Below are positions 43,329 through 51,100 of a DNA stretch of 64,000 nucleotides, piece after piece (the stretch's first letter is position 1; each line of letters begins with the position of its first letter). The notes under the pieces are model-generated. The model saw only the letters and a list, made by a program, of their open reading frames with translations. It ran no database searches and was not told the origin of the DNA. This DNA comes from an uncultured Chloroflexia bacterium (GTDB taxonomy: Bacteria > Chloroflexota > Anaerolineae > Anaerolineales > UBA4823). The stretch lies in assembly GCA_963849335.1 (NCBI GenBank), contig CAWKGZ010000003.1, positions 1,132,022 through 1,196,021 on the forward strand, in the 5' to 3' direction. The position numbers and the translations under genes are program-made.

Positions 43329-43956
43329 GAGTTTTGTCTTGGGACTGGCCCAAACAAATGCCTACCTGGTCGCCGATCCTGCCAGCGGCGAGGCGGTGGT
43401 GATCGACCCGGCGTGGGAGGGGGCGACTATTCAGGCGGCTGCGGAGCGGCATGGCTGGCACATCACGCAGCTCTGGTTCACCCACGCCCATTTTGACCAC
43501 ATTGGTGGGGCGGCAGCGCTGGTGAAAGGCGTCCAGCCGCCACCCTCCCAGGCGCTGCACCCAGCCGATCTGCCGCTGTGGCGGGCGCAAGGTGGGGCGC
43601 CGCTGTTCGGGCTGCGCCTCGATGCCGGGCCGGAGCCAGAGGTGGCATTGGCGCACGGGCAGATATTGAAGCTGGGAGCGTTGGAGTTCGAGGTGCGCCA
43701 CGCCCCCGGGCATACGCCAGGGCATGTGCTGTTCTATTGTGCTTCGGAAGGGGTGATGTTCTGCGGGGACGTGATCTTCGCCGGGAGCATCGGGCGCACC
43801 GACCTGCCCGGCGGCGATTATGCCACGCTGCTGCACAGCATCCGCAGCCAGGTGATCAACCTGCCCGCCGAGACACGCCTGCTCTCCGGTCACGGCGAGG
43901 AAACAACTGTGGGCTGGGAAAAGCGCTGGAACCCATTTTTAACTTTAAAAGCATAA
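43315..43956 (+). CDS. MBL-fold metallo-hydrolase (GloB/hydroxyacylglutathione-hydrolase-like)
   Basis: 213-aa ORF with LWFTHAHFDHIGG (HxHxDH), HAPGHTPGH and the GDVIFAGSIGRTDLPGGD motif. Confidence 0.85.
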   Translation: MMQIESFVLGLAQTNAYLVADPASGEAVVIDPAWEGATIQAAAERHGWHITQLWFTHAHFDHIGGAAALVKGVQPPPSQALHPADLPLWRAQGGAPLFGLRLDAGPEPEVALAHGQILKLGALEFEVRHAPGHTPGHVLFYCASEGVMFCGDVIFAGSIGRTDLPGGDYATLLHSIRSQVINLPAETRLLSGHGEETTVGWEKRWNPFLTLKA

Positions 43957-43976
43957 CACAAAGGCCACTAAGGAAA

Positions 43977-44012
43977 CACAAAGGACACAAATTTCCCTTT
44001 GTGTCCTTTGTG
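43977..44012. repeat. Perfect 15-bp hairpin made of the CACAAAGGACACAAA motif, between convergent gene ends
   Basis: CACAAAGGACACAAA-TTTCCC-TTTGTGTCCTTTGTG. Related ACAAAGG/ACGAAGG motifs recur at ~57567, ~57669 and ~61443-61480. It may act as a terminator for both the MBL gene and rny, but it has no U-tract. Confidence 0.6.
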
Positions 44013-44042
44013 CGTACTTGGTGTACTTTGTGAGAAACGCTT

Positions 44043-45579
44043 TTATTTAGCGTAGTCGATGGCCCGCGTTTCGCGGATCACCGTCACCTTGATCTGCCCG
44101 GGGTAGTGCATCGATTCTTCGATCTTCTTGGCGATGTCGCGCGCCAGGCGGATCGAGTCCAGGTCGTCGATCTCCTCGGGGCGGACGAAGATGCGTACCT
44201 CACGCCCGGCCTGCAGGGCGAAGGATTGGTTGACGCCTTTGAAGGAATTGGCCAGGTCTTCCAGGCGCGCACCCGCTTGATGTACTGCTCCAGGCTCTCA
44301 CGGCGGGCGCCGGGACGAGCGCCGGAGATGGCGTCGGCGGCCTCGGCGATAGCCGCCTCGACCGACTCCTGCTCGATCTCATGGTGGTGCGAGGCGATGG
44401 CATTGACCACCTGCGGGTTCACCCCGTAGCGCTTGGCAAAATCGGCGCCCAGCAGGGCGTGTGTGCCTTCCATGTTGTGGTCCATCGCCTTGCCCAGGTC
44501 GTGCAGCAGCCCGGCGGCCTTGGAAATTTCGATATTGGCACCTAGCTCGGCGGCGATCACCGCCGACAGGTGGGCGACCTCCACGGCATGCTGCAGCTGG
44601 TTTTGTCCGTAGGAGGTGCGGAATTTCAGCCGCCCGAGCATCTTGATCACCTCGGGGTGCAGCCCGGGTACGCCGGCATCAAAGGCTGCTTGTTCGCCGG
44701 CATCGGCGATCACTTCTGTCGACTTCCTTCTGCTCATTCTTGAGCACCTTTTCGACGTGCGCTGGGTGGATGCGCCCATCCAGCACCAGCTTGGCCAGCG
44801 CCCGGCGGGCAACTTCGCGGCGCACCGGGTCGAAGCAGGAGATGGTCACCGCTTCGGGGGTGTCATCGACGATCACGTCGACGCCGGCGGCCTGCTCGAA
44901 GGCATGGATGTTGCGCCCGTTGCGCCCGATGATGCGCCCCTTCATCTCGTCGGAGGGGATGGTCACGGTGGAGGTGGTTACCTCAGAGACGTGCTCGGAG
45001 GCGACGCGCTGGATGGCGGTGGTGATGATCTCGCGGGCCCGGCGATCGCCTTCTTCCTGCGCCTCGGCTTCGACCTGGCGGATGATGCGCGCCATATCGT
45101 TGCGGGCTGTCCTTCTCCACCTCAGCCAGCAGCAGCGCCGCGGGCTTCTTCGTTGGTCAGCTGGGAGATGCGCTGCAGCTCCGTCCAGCTGGTCTGCGTG
45201 CAGTTTCTCGATCTCGTTGGCGCGCTTATCCACCAAACTCTGGCGCTTGTTCAAGCGTCTGCTCGCGCTTTTCCAGCCGGTCGATGCGCAGGTCTAGCTC
45301 TTCACGGCGTTTTTGCAGGCGGTCTTCCTCGCGGGTAAGGTCGCCGCGCCGCCGGGTGACCTCTGCCTCGGCCTGCTGGCGGATCTGCAGGGCTTTATCC
45401 TTGGCCTGCAGCTCGGTATCTTTGGCCTTTTCTTCGGCGGCGTTCAGGATATCGGTAGTCTTTATTTGCAGTCTCTCCTGAGCCTGTTTTTGAAGAAAGT
45501 AGTGGATGGCATAGCCTGCAGCCCCGCCGATGAGCAGGCTGATTATGCCGGTTACAATCGCTATTAGTGGTCCATTCAT
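44043..45579 (-). CDS. rny: Ribonuclease Y; at least six frame disruptions in this assembly
   Basis: N-terminal TM ([21 protein letters not shown]), then a coiled coil. The KH domain reads [36 protein letters not shown]. The HD domain reads [17 protein letters not shown]...[14 protein letters not shown]...[10 protein letters not shown]. The C-terminal end, ...[53 protein letters not shown], is found only after frame changes at ~45235, ~45185, ~45150, ~45112, ~44720 and ~44268. Confidence 0.85.
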
Positions 45580-46217
45580 CAGTTTTCATCCTCAATCGTC
45601 AAAGTCTCCTGCCAGACCCGTTCGAGCACCGGTTCGATCACGGTGTAGCCAAAGCCACGGCGGGCCAGAAAACCGGCCAGTTTTCGCCGGAAGTCGGGTT
45701 TGGACAGGCCTTGCAGCTTGCGCCGGTACTTGAGCGCTGCCTGAGCTGCCAGCTCTTCTTCATCCAGCTCGGAGAGTGCAGATTCGATCGCCTCGTCGTC
45801 CAGGCCTTTCTGGCGCAGCTCCATGCTCAGTAGGCGCCGCCCGCGCGGGCGGAATTCAGAGCGGTTGTCCACCCAGGTCTGGGCGAACTGTCCGTCGTTG
45901 ACCAGGCCGCTGTGCCCCAGGCGCTCGAGCACCTGCTCGATCACCTCAGGGTCATAGCCATGCTTCTCCAGGTTCTTGCGCACCTCGGCGCTGGAGCGGG
46001 GACGGTAATTCAGCAGGTGGAGTGCTTTCTGGTAAGCAGCTTCGTAGCTGTCGTCGCCTTTGAGCTGAGCGATCTTCTCGTCGCTGAGCTGTTGGCCGAT
46101 CTGCAACCAGGCGGCGGTGATGCGCGCCAGCCCGAAGGCGTATTCCCCATCCAGGTAAATGTTCACCCGCTGGAGGTTGCGTTTCTGCACCTTCATGGCG
46201 GTGACCGTCCCGCTCAT
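45579..46217 (-). CDS. recX: RecX family regulatory protein
   Basis: From MSGTVTAMKVQKRNLQRVNIYLDGEYAFGL (ATG 46217, GGGAG 7 nt upstream). It has three-helix repeats ...ALHLLNYRPRSSAEVRKNLEKHGYDPEVIEQVLERL...GLVNDGQFAQTWV... typical of RecX. The stop overlaps the rny start region. Confidence 0.8.
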   Translation of the reverse strand: MSGTVTAMKVQKRNLQRVNIYLDGEYAFGLARITAAWLQIGQQLSDEKIAQLKGDDSYEAAYQKALHLLNYRPRSSAEVRKNLEKHGYDPEVIEQVLERLGHSGLVNDGQFAQTWVDNRSEFRPRGRRLLSMELRQKGLDDEAIESALSELDEEELAAQAALKYRRKLQGLSKPDFRRKLAGFLARRGFGYTVIEPVLERVWQETLTIEDEN

Positions 46218-46229
46218 CCCACACTCCCA

Positions 46230-46264
46230 AAATAAAAAACCGCGACCCATCTCACAGGCCACGG
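46230..46264 (-). terminator. Intrinsic-terminator-like hairpin plus U-tract, directly upstream of the recX ribosome-binding site
   Basis: The minus-strand RNA reads CCGUGGCC-UGUGAGAUG-GGUCGCGG-UUUUUUAUUUU. The 8-bp stem includes one U.G and one G.U pair. These would be C.A mismatches on the other strand, so the structure is strand-specific. Confidence 0.6.
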
Positions 46265-46733
46265 CCAGGTACAATGCTTACTGAGCTCGGTTAACGTTCG
46301 GTGTCGGTTGCGGGCAGGGCGCTGCGGCTCGACCGGAAAGGTGTAGCCGGCAGCACGCCTGCTAAGGGCTTTGCTGCAGGATCACGACCGTCTGGCGGTG
46401 GGCCAGCCGGGGGTGGGGAATGAATGAAAGAGGATGCTTCACACCGTACTCGTGATCTACCTTCTGCTAAAAAATCTACCCGATTGGATGAGGGTCAAAT
46501 CGATATACCGGCTCATCGCCAACAACAGGTTCACTCGACACTGAACTACGTGGTATCTCAGGACAATCGTATCCAAAACCGTGGCTGCGCTCGAAAAAGC
46601 AATGACTGATAACGTACCGCGCAGCGCCTGGGTTTCCGCTGGTCGGGTTAGGACTTTATCTGCCATCCCGGCACTTGCGGAGCCTTTCAAGTGCTCTCTA
46701 CCGGGGTAGAAAGCAGCGCATGTCTGACAAGAT
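46230..46733 (-). ncRNA. Candidate ~0.5-kb non-coding transcript or regulatory leader of recX-rny (unclassified)
   Basis: Neither strand has a credible ORF. The region is bounded by a TGTATAAT box (46747-46740) and the terminator hairpin (46264-46230). Local hairpins include GCACUUG-N10-CAAGUGC and GCUGCGC-N29-GCGCAGC. No match by eye to RNase P, tmRNA, SRP or T-box cores. Confidence 0.3.
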
Positions 46734-46739
46734 CGATTG

Positions 46740-46747
46740 ATTATACA
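46740..46747 (-). promoter_or_regulatory. Extended -10 promoter element TGTATAAT (minus strand)
   Basis: The reverse complement of ATTATACA at 46740-46747. There is no good -35, which is acceptable for TGn-extended -10 promoters. The predicted start is near 46733. Confidence 0.35.
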
Positions 46748-46765
46748 ATAAAATGGGGAATCACG

Positions 46766-46947
46766 CGGCGGTTTTTGCGAAGCAATCTCAACCTTGGCAA
46801 TGAAGGGATTGCTTCGGCGCAAAGAACGCTCCTCCAAAGAAACAGTTCGCCAGCTGTCGCTGCGATGCCAGACCCTAAGGGTCTTAAGAGCCGGGCAGGT
46901 TTTGTTAGTGGTTCTTAGGGTCTCTAAGCTCAGAAATCTTGTTAGCT
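46766..46947. repeat. MITE-like ~190-bp dispersed repeat, copy 2 (inverted relative to copy 1 at 18516-18710)
   Basis: The reverse complement shares AGCTAACAAGAT, CTGCCCGGCTCTTAAGACC, GAGGAGCGTT...GCGCCGAAGCAATCCCTTCATTGCCAAGGTTGAGATTGCTTCGCAAAAACCGC with copy 1. It also contains AGACCCTAAGGGTCT and CTTAGGGTCT palindromic cores. Confidence 0.7.
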
Positions 46948-47033
46948 CCTATCACCCTGGCGCAATAATCGTGCTACAATCCAGATATGCGATCATAGAA
47001 TAACTAGCTTTATCGATCTGTGGAGAGAAAAAC

Positions 47034-47903
47034 ATGGGCGAAACAATCGAATTAGGCAGCCTTTTCCAGACAGTCACCCGCGACCTGGTGAAAAATCAGC
47101 AGACCCTGAACCAGGCGGATGGTTACAACCAGAACCATGGCGATAACATGGTGCGTACGTTTCAAACCATCACCAAGGCAGTGAAGTTAAAGCAGAAGCA
47201 GGGCAGCTCGGACAGCGCGGCGTTGGCTTATGCCGCCAAACGGCTGACCAAGAGCAGCACGAGCCAATCGGCGCAGCTCTACGCCCAGGGGCTTACCCGG
47301 GCGGCGACCCAGCTCCAGGGTAAGCAGGTCGACCAGCGCACCGGTATGCAGCTATTACAGACGCTGATCGGCGGCGGGCAGGCTACCTCGGGCAGCTCGC
47401 AGGCTCTCCAAGGCGGTGACATGCTAAGCAGCCTGTTAGGTGGGCTAGCAGGCAGTTCCGCATCCCAGGGGAACGAACCCACCCAGGGCGGCGACCTGCT
47501 GAGCAGCCTGCTGGGCGGCTTGGCAGGTGGCGCTGAACAGCAAGGCGCTTCCTCGCAGGGCGGCGACTTACTGGGCAGCTTATTGGGCGGCATGGCGGGC
47601 GGCACGCAGCAGCAATCCCAGCAAAGCAGCGCTTCGTCTCAGGGCGGAGACCTGCTGGGCAGCCTGTTGGGCGGCTTGACTGGTGGATCAGGCTCCGGCT
47701 CCGGGCTGCAGGACGGTCTGGACCTGGGCGATCTGCTGTCCGTGGGCATGGCCTATATGCAGTATAAGCAGCAGGGCAAAAGCACGTTCGAGGCGCTGAT
47801 CCAGGCGTTCATGAAGATGAGCGGCATGGGCGGCTCGAAGGATCGCACCCAATCCACGCAGGTGGTGGTGAGCTCGTTTTTGCAGGCGCTGGGAGCGGGC
47901 TAG
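47034..47903 (+). CDS. Hypothetical protein with four tandem QGGDLL(S/G)SLLGG(L/M)AGG repeats in a Gly/Ser/Gln-rich low-complexity core
   Basis: 289-aa ORF with GGAGAGAAAAAC upstream of the ATG. It has a structured-looking N-terminus (ELGSLFQTVTRDLVKNQQTLNQADGYNQNHGDNMVRTFQTITKAV) and C-terminus (LLSVGMAYMQYKQQGKSTFEALIQAFMKMSG). The repeats lie at roughly aa 125-215. Confidence 0.6.
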   Translation: MGETIELGSLFQTVTRDLVKNQQTLNQADGYNQNHGDNMVRTFQTITKAVKLKQKQGSSDSAALAYAAKRLTKSSTSQSAQLYAQGLTRAATQLQGKQVDQRTGMQLLQTLIGGGQATSGSSQALQGGDMLSSLLGGLAGSSASQGNEPTQGGDLLSSLLGGLAGGAEQQGASSQGGDLLGSLLGGMAGGTQQQSQQSSASSQGGDLLGSLLGGLTGGSGSGSGLQDGLDLGDLLSVGMAYMQYKQQGKSTFEALIQAFMKMSGMGGSKDRTQSTQVVVSSFLQALGAG

Positions 47904-48018
47904 CCGGAGGGCTGGCGGGGCTGGCTGGTCGGGGGCTGGCAGGGCTGGCAATACAGCCAGGCCACACCGGTGGCAGGGTTCGTTCCAGTACAAAACAATT
48001 GAAATTTGATTTACCTGC

Positions 48019-48047
48019 TTGCCAAGCATGTCCATCTGTGTCATAAT
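48019..48047 (+). promoter_or_regulatory. Sigma70-like promoter candidate for the giant repeat protein gene
   Basis: TTGCCA (48019-48024), a 17-nt spacer, then CATAAT (48042-48047). It lies ~60 nt upstream of the GGAGG-preceded ATG at 48107. Confidence 0.4.
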
Positions 48048-48106
48048 CTCGGCAGGTTATTTTATACTTTTTCATCCTAATGCAGCACATTCACACCGGA
48101 GGCAGT

Positions 48107-51100
48107 ATGTACATTAATAATTGGCACGACAAATCATTGATTAAGACCTTGCTATTATCCTTTATAAGCCTGCTTCTGATCACAGGCCTGCTGATGGGGG
48201 ACACCAACCTTGCTGCGGCGCGCTCGGAGAAATCGGTGGTCATCCCCGGCGCGACGATCAGCACCGATACCACCTGGACGCTGGCAAACAGCCCCTATGT
48301 GATCACCGGCTGGGTGTACGTCAATGCCGGGGTCACGCTTACCATCGAGCCCGGCGTGGTGGTGAAATTCAGCGGTACTATTGGGATGGTCAACTATGGC
48401 ACACTGGATGTGAACGGCGTCGACGGCACGCCGGTGATCTTCACCGAGTACCGGGACGACACCGCCGGCGGGGATACGAATGGCGATTTGGGTGCAACTT
48501 CACCCGCGCCCGGCGCGTGGACGGGAATGTACGTGACCAACAACGCCGACGCATTTTTTGAGTATACCGAGATCCGCTACGGCGGCGCGGTGTTCTTTAA
48601 CGGCGATAGTACTGCGCCGCATTACGGCAACCTGCGCAAGGATGGCGCGGGTACACTGACCCTCGACCACACCGTGGTCACCCAATCCTTGAGCTGCGGG
48701 GTGCGCTTTGACACGTCCAATGGGGTGAACACCATCGCGGATAGCACCTTCAGTTTCAACAGCGGGTATGGTGTTTGCCTGAACAACCCGGTCAACACCA
48801 TCTCATTCTCCGGTTCTACCTTCACCCAGAATGCACCCTGGTCCATCTACACCACCCCCTTCAGCTCCGGCTTCTCCATCCCGCCCGACAACATCCTGGA
48901 CAAACCCATCTTTGTAGATACCGGCAGTATGGCAGTGGATTCAACCTGGAGCCGGCAGGTCTACCTGATCAACAATCTCACCGTCGACACCGGGATGACG
49001 CTGACCATCCCCGCCGGCGCGGTGGTCAAATTCAACGGTCCGACCAGCCTGGCTGTAAACGGCACGCTGGAGGTGAACGGCAACGATAGCAGCCCAGTCA
49101 TTTTCACCGATTTGCGCGATGACACCGCCGGCGGCGACTCCAACGGCGATGCCGGTGGCTCACTCCCCACGCCCGGTGGCTGGAACGGGATGTACGTGAG
49201 GAACAACGCCAACGCATCCTTCGAGTATGCCGAGATCCGCTACGGCGGGGCGGTGTTCTTTAACGGTGATAGTACTGCGCCGCATTACGGCAACCTGCGC
49301 AAGGATGGTGCGGGTACACTGACCCTCGACCATACAAGGATCACACAATCCTTGAGCTGCGGGTTGCGCCTGGATGGCACCAGCGGTGTGAATACCATCA
49401 CCGACAGCACCTTCGACCTGAATAGCGGCTATGGGGTATGCCTGAACAACGCAGGCAACACCGTCTCTTTCTCCGGCTCGCTCTTCTCACAGAACGGACC
49501 CTGGTCCATCTACACCACGCCCTTCAGCTCGGGCTTCTCCATCCCGCCCGACAACATCCTGGACAAACCCATCTTTGTAGATACCGGCAGCATGGCAGTG
49601 GATTCAACCTGGAGCCGGCAGGTCTACCTGATCAACAATCTCACCGTCGACACCGGGATAACGCTGACCATCCCCGCCGGCGCGGTGGTCAAATTCAACG
49701 GTTCGACCAGCATGGCTGTAAACGGCACGCTGGATGTGAACGGGACCGATGGCACCCCGGTCATTTTCACTGAGTTGCGCGATGACACCGCCGGCGGCGA
49801 TACCAATGGCGATGGCGGTGACACCCTGCCTGCGCCCGGCGGCTGGAACGGGATGTACGTGAGGAACAACGCCAACGCATCCTTCGAGTATGCCGAGATC
49901 CGCTACGGCGGCGCGGTGTTCTTTAACGGCGATAGTACTGCGCCGCATTACGGCAACCTGCGCAAGGATGGCGCGGGTACACTGACCCTCGACCACACCG
50001 TGGTCACCCAATCCTTGAGCTGCGGGGTGCGCTTTGACACGTCCAATGGGGTGAACACCATCGCGGATAGCACCTTCAGTTTCAACAGCGGGTATGGTGT
50101 TTGCCTGAACAACCCGGTCAACACCATCTCATTCTCCGGTTCTACCTTCACCCAGAATGCACCCTGGTCCATCTACACCACCCCCTTCAGCTCCGGCTTC
50201 TCCATCCCGCCCGACAACATCCTGGACAAACCCATCTTTGTAGATACCGGCAGTATGGCAGTGGATTCAACCTGGAGCCGGCAGGTCTACCTGATCAACA
50301 ATCTCACCGTCGACACCGGGATGACGCTGACCATCCCCGCCGGCGCGGTGGTCAAATTCAACGGTTCGACCAGCCTGGCTGTAAACGGCACGCTGGAGGT
50401 GAACGGGACCGATGGCACCCCGGTCATTTTCACCGATTTGCGCGATGACACCGCCGGCGGCGATACCAATGGCGATGGCGGCTCCACCCTGCCTGCGCCC
50501 GGCGGCTGGAACGGGATGTACGTGGGGAACAACGCCAACGCATCCTTCGAGTATGCCGAGATCCGCTACGGCGGGGCGGTGTTCTTTAACGGTGATACTA
50601 CTGCGCCGCATTACGGCAACCTGCGCAAGGATGGCGCAGGCACGCTGACCCTTGACCACACCGTGGTCACCCAATCCTTGAACTGCGGCGTGCGCTTTGA
50701 CTCGTCCAATGGTGTGAACACCATCGCGGATAGCACCTTCAGTTTCAACAGCGGGTATGGTGTTTGCCTGAACAACCCGGTCAACACCATCTCATTCTCC
50801 GGTTCTACCTTTGCCCAGAATGCACCCTGGTCCATCTACACCACCCCCCTCAGCTCCGGCTTCTCCATCCCGCCCGACAACATCCTGGACAAACCTATCT
50901 TTGTAGATACCGGCAGCATGGCGGTGGATTCAACCTGGAGCCGACAGGTGTATGTGACCAATAGCTTTACGGTCGACAGCGGATATTCTTTGACCATCCC
51001 GGCTGGGGCTGTACTCAAATTCATTGGTATGACTGGCATCACCGCAGCTGGCACGCTGGATGTTAATGGAACGGAGGCGCTGCCCGTCATCATCACCGAG

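Noticed and set aside
46230-46733. Possible RNase P RNA, tmRNA, SRP RNA or TPP riboswitch
   Set aside because: Fragments such as AAAGUCC and CUGAGA...GAACCUG occur. The obligatory flanking cores are absent on both strands: GAGGAAAGUCCGGGC / ACAGAANCCGGCUUA for RNase P, the tRNA-like GGUUCGAAUCC end and tag ORF for tmRNA, and ACCC...GAUCUGGAUAAUGCCAGCG for TPP. I kept the region only as an unclassified candidate.
46457-46837. 126-aa minus-strand ORF
   Set aside because: Its N-terminal third is translated from the MITE-like repeat (the same RSNPFIAKVEIASQKP-type peptide arises wherever the repeat occurs). The remainder has no protein-like features, and it starts upstream of the only promoter-like element.
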